A DNA stretch of 64,000 nucleotides, taken from Octopus vulgaris (Eukaryota). Positions 27,156 to 41,850 of this stretch are shown here, piece after piece. The notes under the pieces are model-generated. The model did not search any database. It was not told the DNA's origin and saw nothing but the letters and a program-made list of their open reading frames with translations. Positions within the stretch are counted from its first letter, which is position 1; every line of letters begins with the position of its first letter. The position numbers and the translations under genes are program-made. The stretch lies in the NCBI GenBank assembly GCA_951406725.2, contig OX597830.1, positions 54,994,001 to 55,058,000 of the forward strand, in the 5' to 3' direction.

Positions 27156-27554
27156 TGTATGTGTTTGTGTGTCTGTGTTTGTACCCCCAACATCGCTTGA
27201 CAACTGATGTTGGTGTGTTTGCGTCCCCATAACTTAGCAGTTCGGCAAAAGAGACCAATAGAATAATATCTAGGCATCCAAAGAATAAGTCCTGGGGTCA
27301 ATTTGCTCGACTAAAGGCAGTGCTCCAGCATGGCCACAGTCAAATGACCAAAACAAGCAAAAGAGTAAAAGAGGATGATAGCTACAACAGGTTTGATAGA
27401 GAAGCAGAAAAGCTGTTGCATGGTGTTTAGCTATGACACTTTGTGTTCACAGTTCAAATCCCTGTAGGAATCAACTTAACCTTTTCATCTTCCAAGATTA
27501 GAATATTTACGAGCAAAATATTGGGGTGAGGGATGGATCTACAAACATTACTAC

Positions 27555-27590
<36 letters not shown>

Positions 27591-27660
27591 AGGGGGTGGT
27601 GGTGCTGGTGGTGGTGGTATTAGTGGTAGTGTTGTTGCTTCTTCTTCTTCTTCTTCTTCT

Positions 27661-27707
<47 letters not shown>

Positions 27708-27760
27708 ATCTTCTTCTTCTTCCTCTTCTTCTTCTTCCTCTTCTTCCATTCAGGACTCAC

Positions 27761-27977
27761 GCCATTAGCCACAAAGAATAATCTCTAATTCGAGCCTGCT
27801 CTAAGCCACTAAGAATGCGTGTGGCAACTTGCAGATCCACCCACCACACGCGATAGATTGGCGGTTGCACGGGCGGTAAAGATACGTTGTTATCCTCATT
27901 CCATAAACGGTGGCTTTTTAATGGATGGAGAGCTGAACCATCATGGGGTACAGAGGATTCGCAATCAAGACTAGGGT
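27761..27977 (-). CDS. Candidate internal coding exon (217 nt) of an unidentified host gene
   Basis: High-complexity, CpG-containing island among repeats. Acceptor ctttcag|AC and donor GC|GTGAGT. Open frame DPSLDCESSVPHDGSALHPLKSHRLWNEDNNVSLPPVQPPIYRVWWVDLQVATRILSGLEQARIRDYSLWLMA (phase 1 in, phase 2 out). Confidence 0.6.
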
Positions 27978-28359
27978 CTGAAAGTTTTACCACACCATAG
28001 TGGGTTACACCATGGTTCCTCTGTTTTGTGGTAGAAGTAGGAAGAAAGAAAAAGAGAAAGTTGTGGTAAAAGAGTACAGCGGGGTCTCCCCCCCCCCCCC
28101 CATCTGCTGGAGCATCATGGAGCTTAGGTGTTTTTGCTCAATAAACACTCACAATGCCCGGTCTGGGAATTGAAACCGTGTTCTTATGACTGCGAGTCCA
28201 CTGCCCTAACCACTGGGCCATTGCGCCTCCACAGTGTTGTTGCTGGTGTTGGTGGGTGTAGTGTTGGTAGTAGTGGTGGTGGAGGTGGATGGCAGTATTA
28301 GTAGTAGTGGTGATAGTAGCAGTGACAGAGATGGTAGTAGTGCTACAGCTGCTGCTGCT

Positions 28360-28420
<61 letters not shown>

Positions 28421-29078
28421 CAGCATCAGCAGCAGCATCTTCTTTGATTGATGGCATGAGCAGTCTTCAAAGATTCAGTATGAATGTGCTTCCAGAGATA
28501 GTTACAGATATGATCACCACTTCCATCACCACCACCACAACTACCACAACCACTACCACCACCACCGCAACTACCACAACCACTACAACCACCATTACCA
28601 ACACCACCGTCACTGTTGCTATCATCACCGCCACCACCACCACCACCATCACCATCACAATTATACTTACATCACCATCACCACAACCGCCATCACCACC
28701 GTTGACGTCTTCATCACACCATCACCACCACCATCTACTGGTCTACAATTGAAGTCTTTAAAACCTTAAAGTCTCCTCTCACAGTCTGTCAGTTTTTCAC
28801 CAATGCCCTGACTCTAACTCGATATTGTTATTGATTTTGGATTGCAGCAAGCATATATTTATATTCACCATAAATCACTTGGTTCAATATCTATACCCAC
28901 ATATACATACATATATATATATACATATAACTATACATATATACATAGACATACATATATATATGTGTATACATACATATGTGTGTGTGTGTGTATGTAA
29001 GATATATACATATATTATATATATATATATACACATATATACATACATAATACAATATATATATATATAGTTATATAT

Positions 29079-29111
<33 letters not shown>

Positions 29112-29224
29112 CATACATACATAGACACAGAGAAAAAGAGAGAGAGGGAGAGAGATGTATGACATAAACACATACACACTATATACAGATACTGGCACAC
29201 ATATGCATATATGTATATATGTGT

Positions 29225-29258
<34 letters not shown>

Positions 29259-29633
29259 ATGTGTGTGTGTCTGTGTGTGTGTATTTGTGTATGTTTGTAT
29301 GCATGTGTAGATGCTGCTCTTTTAATATTCTATTACATATTCATTAGGTTATGTTACAGTCAAGATATGTTATTGATATCCTATAAAGCACATACACACC
29401 CAGAGACATATACAAACACCCACACATGCACACACACAAATACGTAGGTATGCATATATATGTGTATGTGGTTATGCATGTTTATATGTAATATATACAT
29501 ATATATATATATAAATATTTATATATATATATATGTATATGTATACATATACGGGTATATAAGCACACTCATGTATGTGTGTGTATATACATTATACATA
29601 CATGCATATGTATGTATGTATGTGTGTGTGTGA

Positions 29634-29723
<90 letters not shown>

Positions 29724-30532
29724 ATATATACATATATATATTTGTAAGTATATTTATGTGTGCATCTATTTATGTATACAGGTCTCTCATAAGTGCAACT
29801 GGTAACATGAAGTCTCATACAATCAGTTGCATTTTGAGGTCATTGTTCTCTAAAATCAACTTCTCCACCACTGCCACCATCAGACATACATTGTGAATAG
29901 GTTTACTAAAACCCCAGCAGATCTAAAACAAGACCTTTTAAAAAATCAGGTGACCCACAAACTTCCACCCAGTGTATGATCAATGGCTATGTAGCAATAC
30001 CATGCTAGGGACTTATTAATTCTAGGGAAGTGTATGGCATGGTGGAAAACCACAAAGTGTATGATGCCTTTTGGTTGTTGTTAAGGTCTAACTCTATGAG
30101 ACGGCACTGCTGTGTCCACAGCTGCACTAGTAGTAAGACTAAGTGTGTGGCTAATCAAGGATGGGCAGACTTTGGAAGGTTTTCAAAATAGGAAAAGATA
30201 ACTTTGAGCATAAATGCTCACTCTCTGTGAAGAGGTGAAAGCTAAAAGAGTCAACTCCAACAGTAAATTGGTATGGAAGTGAATTAGTGGCCCACTGATC
30301 CTATTCATTTTCAAAGAGAGATCTCGAATTGTAAATGCAAGATGAGATTGGGAATATTTATTCTTCCCTATATGTGTGTGTGTGTGTTTTTCTTCACACT
30401 CTCCTGTCCTGGAAAGTACTTTCTGTTTCTCATTCTACTTCCAGTCACTTCAGAAATGTAACTACACGTGGATCATTGGCGATTTTTTTTTCCACCTCTT
30501 CCATTTTCCCTTTAGACTTTCCTGCTTTTCCT

Positions 30533-30567
30533 GTTTCTGAAGAAGTGCTATGCTCGAAATTTAAAAC
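30533..30567 (+). ncRNA. Minimal hammerhead motif (degraded) in a PLE-like repeat 30380-30670
   Basis: gttt CTGAAGA a gtgc tat gctc GAAA tt TA aaac. Related to the repeat at 12290-12480. Confidence 0.5.
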
Positions 30568-30689
30568 AACTACTCTTTTCCTTCTCTGAGTGTCATATTA
30601 ATACATTGCTTGAACAACATCGTCTTTTTGTCTTTATCTTTTTCTGTTTTTTTAATTAATTAATTATATATACATGTATATAATCTTAT

Positions 30690-32060
30690 CTTCTTTGCCT
30701 ACTTATTCTTGGGAGGGCCGTGAAGCCAGAGTCTTTAATTGTGCATTCCATTGGATCGTATCAGAAGCAATCATCTCCAATTGATCCATTTGGTTCTCCA
30801 AGCATGACAAACAAGTTTCGTGGATATTATCCAACCTTCTTGCCATAGTCTACCCTTGGGTCTGCTGCCAATAAGTTTTTCCTGTAAAACCTGTCCAGCA
30901 ATCTTTCCAGTGACATCCTTACCATATGTATTTCTTTACTGCTCACAAGGGGCTAAACACAGAGGGGACAAACAAGGACAGACAAATGGATTAAGCCAAT
31001 TACATTGACCCCAGTGCATAACTGGTACTTAATTTATCGACCCTGAAATGATGAAAGGCAAATTTGAACTCAGAACGTAATGGCAGACGAAATACGGCTT
31101 CGCATTTTGCCTGGCGTGCTAACGATTCTGCCAGCTCGCATCCTTACTATTTGTTCATGGTATTGGAGCTGTGATCTCTCAATTCACATGGAGCACCTCT
31201 CTGATCTCCAAAACACACACTCTGTTGAATAACATAACTCCAAAGACCCTTGCCAGGAATCCCATTTCTGTTGCTTGTATTCGTATCTGTATTCTTTCAG
31301 TCATTACCCAAGATTCATGACCATAGCTAAGGGTCGGCACAAACACTGAATTAAAGATAGTGAGCTTGGCTTTTACACTTACATCTCTTCTTCCGGTCAC
31401 TGAATGTTAAAGCTAGTGCATTACTACATCAGCTCCTGCAATTCTTGCACATACTTAATTCAGCCACCTGTCTTCCATCATTCAGGAAATTTGCCCCAAG
31501 ACATTTGAACATTTCCACCTGCTTCAGTGAAACTCCACTCATATGTAGAATGCATTGTATGGGCTTCCTTGAGAGGACAAGTGCCTCAGTCTCTGCAGCA
31601 GTGATTTTTATTCTTGCCAAGCAGCACTCGGCAGCAAACCAGTTTATTGCATATCAGAGACAACCTTCTGATTAGTTAAGTAGTACCATGTTGCCTTCAA
31701 ATTCCAGCTGACTGATCCTACACCTGCCAGTCTTGATAATACTTCCAAACCAGCTGTGCATGTCAATCCTGTCGATAGAGAATACGAAGAGGAAAGATGA
31801 CAGTAGACACCCTTAACAGAGTCTGACACCTGCATTGAATGGCATCAACTTAGCACTATTTATTCAAACGCCAAATACAAGGGCAATTATATAGGGATTT
31901 CAAGGCTACAAGAAGCTGCCAATCAATCCCATACTCCTACAGAAACTTCCACAACATGTCCCATAAAACATGTCCATATGCCTTTGCAAAGTCAATGACA
32001 AAAGCTTGCAATCTTGACCATACTTTCACAATTTCTCAAAAACCTGCCTAAGTGTGAATA
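30690..32060 (-). pseudogene. RTE-type LINE reverse transcriptase remnant, interrupted by a SINE (~30930-31140)
   Basis: FVIDFAKAY-like motif, LKQVEMFKCLGANFLNDG, KAKLTIFNSVFVPTLSYGHESWVMTE. Multiple frameshifts. Confidence 0.75.
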
Positions 32061-33509
32061 TTTGGTCAGTTTATGTTTTAGAAACAATTCAATTATGTAA
32101 ATATTTTCAATATACACATTATCAATATCCTACATTTAATACATGCCTGTTGTTAAACATTACGACCATGGTTTTTTTTTGTCTGGAAAGACATATAGCG
32201 TTAAAAGCACTGGTGGTGGCGGTGGTGGTTGTGGTGGTGGTGGTGGTGGTGGTGGTGGTGGTGGTGGTGGTGGTGGTGGTGGTGGTGGTGGTGGTGGTGG
32301 TGGTGGTGGTGGTGGTGGTGGTGGTGGTGGTGGTGGTGGTGGTGGTGGCGATGGTGGTGATGGTGGTGGTGTTGGTGTGGTGGTGGTGGTGGTGGTGGTG
32401 TTGGTGTGGTGGTGGTGTTGGTGGTGGTGGTGATGGTGGTGATGATGATGATGTCCATACATATAGTCACATTAAAACAATCATACCAGACATTTAAAAT
32501 ACACGCATATATTGTTTACATTGATTTATATTTCAATATTGTTTACACTGGAATATATTTCAGTCCTTCAACAAGAGAGACTCTGAGTATAGGTTACAAT
32601 CTTAAACAAAAAAACAAAAAATAACAAGATACTGCATAACAAATGTAAAAATAACAGGATATTGGCAGATATTTAGTCTATACATTTGCGTTTAAAATAT
32701 GATTGAACTCTCATCTTTTGAACTCCTGACCTCAAATTCTATCCTTCTCACTGAGCAAGTTTCCATAAATAAATGTGTCTGAAAATAATGAGACAATGAC
32801 AATGAAGACAACAACAACAATAGCAAAAATAGCAATGACAATGATGATGATGACGACGACGATGACGACAATGATGACGACGATGATGACGACAATGATG
32901 ACGACAATGACGACGATGATGATGACGACAATGGCAACGACGATGATGACGACGACGATGATGACAATGATGACGACGACGATGATGACAATGATGACGA
33001 CGATGACGATGATGACGACGATGACGATGATGACGACGACGATGATGACAATGATGACGACGATGACGATGATGACGACGACGACGACGATGATGACGAC
33101 AACGATGATGATGACGATGATTATGACGACGACAATGACGACAATGAGGTGGATGAGGTGGGGTGGATGATGATGATGGCAAAGATGACAATGGTGATAA
33201 TGCTAATGATGATAACTGTGATCATAGCAATGATATTGATTCAAGGTGATTGTCAAGAGGATTTTTGAATACATGCTTGTAAGATAGTAGCACTTTTCCA
33301 TTTATAAATGTTTTATTAAATAAATATGCTAGAGAGTTTGTTAACCAATTTGATGCTGAGCTCCTAAAGTCAAGTAGTTGTGTAGAGGAATACACACACA
33401 CACATACGCACATGCCTATAAACATGCATACTCACAAACATAACTGATAGACTTCCATTTCTTTCTGAATTTTTCAAATTGTAAAGGTAATTTATGGACA
33501 CTTTATGTG

Positions 33510-33576
<67 letters not shown>

Positions 33577-33912
33577 TATAAAGTTAAAACAGTCTGGTTT
33601 TCAAGTTTTTTATTATGGTATTATAAAAAACATGAAAACCAGACTGTTTTAACTTTATTCGACTTATCGCCTGACTGGCCTTCATGCTGGTGGCACATAA
33701 AAGCACCCATTACATTCTCATAGTGGTTGGCATTAGGAAGAGCATCCAGCTGTAGAAACTCTGCTCGATCAAGATTGGAGCCTGGTGCAGCCATCTGGTT
33801 CGCCAGTCCTTAGGCAAATTGTCTAACTCATGCTAGCATGGAAAACGGATGTTAAATGATGATGATGGTGATAGATGGATAGATGGATAGATATATATAT
33901 ATATATATATAT

Positions 33913-33963
<51 letters not shown>

Positions 33964-34480
33964 CAACAAGCTTCTTTCAGTTTCTTGCTACCAAAACCAC
34001 TCACAAGGCTTTGATTGGACAGAGGCTCTAGTAGAAGGCACTTGTCCAAGGTGCTAAGCACTGGAACTGAGCCTGGAACCATGTGGTTGGGAAGCAAGCT
34101 TCTTACCACACAACCATTCCTGCACCTATATATATATATATATATATATGCATATAACTATATATATATATATATATCATCATCATCGTTTAGCGTCCGC
34201 TTTCCACGGCTGGATGCCCTTCCTAATGCCAACCACTCTGTGAGTGTAGTGGGTGCTTTTTACATGCCACCGGCACAGGTGCCAGACAACGCTGGCAAAC
34301 GGCCACGATCAGATGGTGCTTTTTACGTGCCACTGGCACAGAGGGAGGCCAGTCGAGGCGGCGCTGGCAACGGCCACGTTCAGATGGTTCACTTATGTGC
34401 CACCAGCACTGGTATCACAGCTACAATTTCCATTGATGTTGATCGATTTTGATTTTGATTTTGATTTTGATATATATATA

Positions 34481-36063
34481 CAATTGCGGCCAAAATGTTC
34501 AGAGCGGCATTGTTTTCGTCAGAAAAGTAAGTATAAGTTTTTATCAAAGTTGTTTTATATTCTATAGATTTTGGTGTAATTTGAGAGGATAATACAAAAG
34601 TTATGGATGATTTAGGGATTTACTGCAAAACCCATGCCGGCCAAAATGATCAGAACGGTTGAAAAAATAACAAAATAATCAAAAATGACAGAGAATACTG
34701 AAATTATTTAATATTTAGCGTGAAGCCCTTTAGCTTCAATCACACTCTGACATCTTTGACTGCATGAGGAAATTAAATTTTCAATTTCTTGCTGGGTGAT
34801 CTTATTCCATTCTTCCTGAAGGGCATTCCATAATTGCTTGGTTGTTTTAGGATTTCTGGCTTTCGAACATTCTCCTAGAATATTCCATACATTTTCAATA
34901 GGATTGAGATCTGGGCTTTGAGCAGGCCAATCCATAACAATAACCTTTTCAGCCTTGAGGAAGTTCATGACCACCTTAGCCTTGTGACATGGGGCATTGT
35001 CCTGCATGAATATGGGTGGTCGCTTAGTTGAATTTCTCAGCACAGGCAAGACATGATCTTTTACAAGTTGTTTATAAACTCCTGCATTTACCTTTCCATG
35101 TAATTGCACCAAAGGGCCCACACCATCTCCAGATATCATTCCCCAAACCATGACACTTCCTCCACCGAATTTAACACTAGTCTTAAGGCATTTAGGCGAC
35201 AATTTTTCACCTACTTTTCTACGAACATACCTTTTCCCATCTGAGCCAAATAACATAAACTTAGATTCATCACTGAGATGCACCGTTTGCCATTTTTCTT
35301 GAGACCACAACACATGTTTGGTTGCAAAGGTAAGACGACACTTTTATTCTTGGAGCTGATCAGTGGCTTGCCTGCAGATGCTCTTGCTTGTAGGTCATGT
35401 TCAACTCAACGACGAGACAGTTTTTCGAGATAAAGTTTTCTTCAGTACAATGCTCATTTTCCGAGAAACAGCAGCAGCAGTTTTAAATCTGTCCTTTTTA
35501 ACCAAATTTACCATAGCACGATCTTCTCTCTTGGTCGTTTTTCTTGGCCTACCTGTAAACTTTCTTGCTTCACACGAACCACAATCATTGTAGACCTTAA
35601 GAATACCGTGTACAACACTTTTTGACTTGTTAACAATCTTTGCAATAGATCCAATACTTAAATTATCCTTCCTTCGAAGCTTAATAATCTGCTGACGAAT
35701 TGGTAATGGAGTAAGTGGCATTATATTAACAAAGTACACTGCAAGTATTCTTACTAATGTTTAGTAAACGAACCGTCACATAAACAAATTCAAAACATTA
35801 GAGTTCACCGGTTAAATATACTAAAACACGGAGTAAAAGCAACCGTTCTGATCATTTTGGCCGCCATGGGTTTTGCAAGAAATCACTAAATCATCCATAA
35901 CTTTTGTATTATCCTCTCAAATTACACCAAAATCTCAAGCAATAACAAATAATATCGTATTTATTGTCTGTGAAAATTATAGAATATAAAACAACTTTGA
36001 TAAAAAATTATATCTACTTTTCTGACGAAAACAATGCCGTTCTGAACATTTTGGCCGCCACTG
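34481..36063 (-). mobile_element. Near full-length Tc1 transposon with IR-DR terminal repeats
   Basis: TIRs at 34481-34661 and 35840-36063 (cagtggcggccaaaatgttcagaacgg), each with outer and inner direct repeats. Flanked by TA within (TA)n. The left TIR lacks ~40 bp. Confidence 0.92.
34708..35721 (-). pseudogene. Tc1 DD34E transposase with two frameshifts
   Basis: MPLTPLPIRQQIIKL...GRPRKTT paired-like HTH; SDESKF; QDNAPCH, 34 aa, then E in WPAQSPDLNPIE. Frame breaks near 35410 and 35342. Confidence 0.92.
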
Positions 36064-36104
36064 TATATATATATATATATATATGCATATATACACACAC
36101 ACAC

Positions 36105-36186
<82 letters not shown>

Positions 36187-36906
36187 ATGTATATGTATAT
36201 GTATATATATATATATACTGATGCAGAGTTTAAAAAAATACTCACAGACGCATATTACATGCACAAACACACACACATATGTACACACAAACACATACAT
36301 TGTCATATTCATACACCTATGCAGAGTCGAGTATGTATGTAAAGAGAAGACTAACTGCAGCAAGTGCTATGAATACATAATCTAAATTGAACCACAACTC
36401 TATCCCTGCACCTCAGCTTACAGTTACTGCATTAAGCATTCTCTTTGTGTATTGTCTTTTAATTTGGTGAATATGATGAATGGGAAGATAATGCATTGTG
36501 CAGTTGGTGCAAAATAGTATTGGTGCATATATATGTATATATATATATTGCTATATATATATTACACACGTGTACATGCACATGCTCAAGTATATGCAGA
36601 TTCATCATGCCATATATATATATATATATTTATATATACAAAGTGATAAAGAGAGAGAGTGAGAGCGAGAAAGAGGGAAGGTGGGAGGGATAAATAGATA
36701 TAGATATACATACACACACACCTATGCCCAAACATATACACGCAAACACACATTCACAGAAACACACACACAAAAAATTCACACATACACACACACACAC
36801 ACAAATATATACAGAGGGAGATGGAGAGAGAGAGGTGGAGATTAAGAGTGAGAGAAATATGCATGTGCCAAAATATGTATCTATTATGTAATATGTGTTT
36901 CATGTA

Positions 36907-37340
36907 CAAGTATACCTCACCCTACGTTGTTAATAGGTTCTAGGAGACATGACTTAAGTCAAAAAATGACTTTAGTTGAATTAGATTGTCTCTAGGCTAG
37001 GCTAGGCCGAATTTACTTGTCTCTAAGCTAAACTGATAATAACCATTCCCAGTTCTGTACTTTATTTATAAAGGCATTTTCAATAAAACAGGGTTCATAA
37101 AATCCTATTCTAAGCTCGCAAACAAATAATTTTTTCTTATTGATGACCCCTAGGGCTTCAGACTTGATATGGACTAAAATCTTGTCTTTATTATGTACAA
37201 TCACTGATACAGTTGTCCGACTCACCCCAAAAGATCATGCAATTGCTACCACTTTTACACCTTTTTCATGGTGTTTTATCACAGCCAGTTTATCTTCCGC
37301 TTAGCACTTTCACTATGAATTTTCTTAGGAGCCATGTGTA
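36907..37340 (-). mobile_element. Tigger/pogo-like DNA transposon remnant (CENP-B-type N-terminal HTH)
   Basis: MAPKK...KLAVIKHHEKGVKVVAIA*SFGVSRTTVSVIVHNKDKI. Confidence 0.6.
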
Positions 37341-37604
37341 CAAAAAATAAAGTCACAAATGAATGAGAATGAGAAGGTAGCCGATAAACAGACGTAAACA
37401 AATCTGAATTCAAACCAATCAATCGCGGGAATCACAAGTGACAACAATGCCTAACAGTAGATATTGGAACTACAGGGCAATATGAGCTCTGAAAGACCAA
37501 TGAACAAAACATCACAGCTGATTTCATGATTTTGTTCACTAAGCTACACTACTTTGTGGTGTGTATCTTAACATTTACTGTATGTATTTTAATATGTATA
37601 TATA

Positions 37605-37644
<40 letters not shown>

Positions 37645-37995
37645 GTTTGCAAGATTCTTTATGTGAATTTGTGTGTCGAAGCATATTTTATTGCGTCTGG
37701 GAAGAATCATTCTCTTTTAGTGCCTTATTATTTAACACACTCACCAGTTTGATTTCCACTCATTTACTTATTTATTTTTTCTAACGTTTTAGTTGCATCT
37801 TGCAAACTCTTCAATATTTATATATATTTATATATATATAGATAGATAGATAGATAGATATACATATAATATACATATATATGTATACATGTGTGCATAT
37901 GTGTGTATATATATATGTATAGGCTTGCTTTTGTTTGATAATATCAGAAACACATATACACATATGTATGTGCACATACATATATGCAAACATAC

Positions 37996-38121
<126 letters not shown>

Positions 38122-38311
38122 TTTTGTCTTGTGTCTATGTTTGAATATGCGAATGTAAAAGACTCCTTATCAAGCTCATTTATCTGCATCAATGATATAA
38201 TGGTATTGATCTGAAAAATAATCGTATGTCACCAATGAACACATATATTGTATTCGTTTATGTATACATGTGTGTATATAATATACATTATATACATACA
38301 TACATACATAC

Positions 38312-38364
<53 letters not shown>

Positions 38365-38558
38365 CATGATATTTATCTATCCAAATATCTATCTACCTAT
38401 CAATCAATCTTTATATATATATATATGTAAATGCTCATATTTCCAAGTACACAACTATTAAAGTTTGATTTATCAGCTACAACTGAATCAAAGATTATGC
38501 TGTAGTTGTTATTCATACATACATAGATATGCATGCGTATATGCATATATACATACAT

Positions 38559-38601
<43 letters not shown>

Positions 38602-39292
38602 GAAAGTTGAAAAGGAACACAAGAGTTGATATATATGGAAAAAAGTCAAGGTAGAAAATGCTAAAATAATTTTATAAAATACATTTCAGTATCGGTTTCA
38701 GTCATTGAGACTTTTCAACTCAAATTATGGAAAACAATTAAATTTTAGAAAAATTAAAAGAAAAGTTTTTTTAAAAGAATATTTGCATAGTATTCAAATT
38801 GAAGGGGCATTTTCCTTGTTTCTGCCTGTCTTTGTCTCTTTTGTTTATTCTTGTAGGTTTGAGGTCGTTGTGTTGCATATATATACATATATAAGTATAT
38901 ATATATATATATATTTGTAAAAAATGAAGTTCGAAAATGCTGCTATATTATACAATTTTTAATTTTTATATATACATTATAACATGTTTCAGTTCCTGAA
39001 ATGAACCTTATCAAAAAAAGTTATATATAAAAAAAGACAGCTCATGCCGTCAAACACAAGAAATTCATTTATAATACACAACGGAGTCAGACATCTTAGA
39101 GTTCATGTATAGTTGATATATAGTTTGAAGTAAGTTCATTCATGCTATATGTTCACAGTGTTCGATGCAGTGGCCCACGGTGGCGATACGTATTCAATAC
39201 AAAAAACAGATCAAAGTGGTGGAAAGCAGTCAATACAGAAGATTGATGTTTCCGAAAGAGCGAGGAATTCATTTTTACCTTAAGCAATTGTG

Positions 39293-39510
<218 letters not shown>

Positions 39511-39914
39511 ACTTACATATATATGTATAAATACATGCATATATGGGTAAAGGACATCATAAAACATTCTAAATTCTGGTGCCATTAACTTAAGTACCAT
39601 ATTCATCTGAATCTAAATTTTACTGAACTTATGTATGTATGTATGTATGTATGTAGTTGGAATTTACAAAAAAAAAACAAAAAAAAAAACGAAGACAGGT
39701 GTATTAATTTAATGCTCAGGAAGATGAGAAAGTCTTTTGTGTTTTGAACCAATGCTCTTCAACAGAAAGGAGCATGAGAAAATAAACAGAGAGAGAATTA
39801 AAAAGAGTTACTTGCATATATATGTGTGTGTGTTTGTATTTGTATGTATATACGTCTGTATGTGTATATGCATATATCTATATCTATCCATCTATCTATC
39901 TGTCTGTCTATCTG

Positions 39915-39976
<62 letters not shown>

Positions 39977-40002
39977 CATCTATTAATCCATCTATCTGTC
40001 TG

Positions 40003-40094
<92 letters not shown>

Positions 40095-40114
40095 CCTATC
40101 TATCTATCTATCTA

Positions 40115-40191
<77 letters not shown>

Positions 40192-40787
40192 ATCTATATA
40201 CATACATACATACATACATACATACATACATACATGCCTACATACATACATGCATGCGTGTGCATGTGTGTGTGTGTAGATTGACAGATAGATAGAGACA
40301 TATGTTGATAGATAGATGTATAGATATATGCACACCCATTTATAGAAGCAACCGTAAAATTTGCATTGTTAGAATGCAGTGTTTTATTAAGGCCATGACA
40401 CAAGAACAAAATCTTCAACAAGTGCAACAAGAAGAATACGAAATATCAGCAACTACAATAAAAACCCGATGATGTATAGACTGAGGGTTCAGTCCACAGT
40501 GGGGGAAATAGAATTATTCTTTTGTCTTTGTTATTTTATTTTTTGTTGGTGTGAAGCAATAATTGCTTAAATAATGAATTAACTTGATGTTAGTTGAACA
40601 AAAAAATTAGTACAATACAGAAACACACCTCAGAACCATTTCCTGGCTTTTTGCCAAATAATCAATTAATGGTGTCATGTTATTATGGATAGAAGGACAG
40701 CTGGAAGACATTTTTTTGTTTGTCTGTCTGTTTGTCTGCTTTTTTTTGCCTGTGAATATATGTGCATTCATACACACACAGAGCGTC

Positions 40788-40823
<36 letters not shown>

Positions 40824-41022
40824 CTGAGAAAGAGAGGGAGAGTGAAAGTGAATAAGAGGGAGAGGCACAGGGAGAGTAATATATACATAGATATATATAT
40901 TTACATATATGTATATACATATATATATATATACATACATACATACATATATGTATGTATGTGTATTTATACATACATATATATGTATATGTATTTATAC
41001 ATATATATATGTATATATATAA

Positions 41023-41056
<34 letters not shown>

Positions 41057-41525
41057 GCATACATACATACATAAAACATACATACATACACACAGACACA
41101 CAGACACAGAAATACACACACACACACAGACACACACATACATACACATATGTTAATCAAAGTGTACAGTATTATATGTCTATTATGACTGGTCTTACCC
41201 ATCATTTTCACACTAGGGGTTCAATGTGGTGTTTGATAACAGTATAATTATGTAACCCTGCACTCTTCAGTGATGGTAGTTATAAATATATTATCCCAAG
41301 CGAAACTACTTTGCTAGTATAGTGACCCTGTTCACTGTGGGGAAGTTATCTCCCCTGCCAATACATAGTGTGCTTTTTGAGGCTATAAGGGTATTTGATT
41401 CTTGTTTGTAGCAATGTTGGTGCTACCCTGCACCCTCAGTCACTATCAGCGACGATTGGATTTTTCCTTTTTGAGTCTAGCCACCTTCGTTATATATATA
41501 TATGGTGCTGACACAAGTTCCTTGT

Positions 41526-41608
41526 CTTTCCTGATGAGATGGCAGCATAATGCACCCTTTATTCCTTCGGAATTAGGAATATGCAGCCTTCGAAACATGT
41601 GTCGAGAG
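41526..41608 (+). ncRNA. Type-I hammerhead ribozyme with canonical core and GUC site
   Basis: Stem I ctttc/gagag; CTGATGA 41531-37; extended stem II gatggcagcat...atgcagccttc with internal hairpin attcct/aggaat; GAAA 41592-95; C-ATGT-G (ACATGT palindrome); predicted cleavage after C41603. A 3'-half copy lies on the minus strand at 16477-16555. Confidence 0.75.
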
Positions 41609-41650
41609 TAAAGGAATTTTGTTAAAATCGTTGTTCGACTCCATTCTTTC

Positions 41651-41712
<62 letters not shown>

Positions 41713-41850
41713 GGATGAATGAATTATCCTTTGTTTACCGTTTACATGGAAAATTCAATAAACAGTTACCAGGGTAGCAAAATTCATGCAAGTAACAAGG
41801 ATGTAGCGACCTATTCAATAGAAATCCGTAATGTGCAGTAATTTGTGTAG

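Noticed and set aside
32690-32780. Minus-strand acceptor ttattttcag followed by a short open frame
   Set aside because: No convincing donor or recognisable peptide.
36021-36040. CTGACGA motif resembling a hammerhead core
   Set aside because: It lies inside the Tc1 TIR, with no stem II, GAAA or stem III arrangement.
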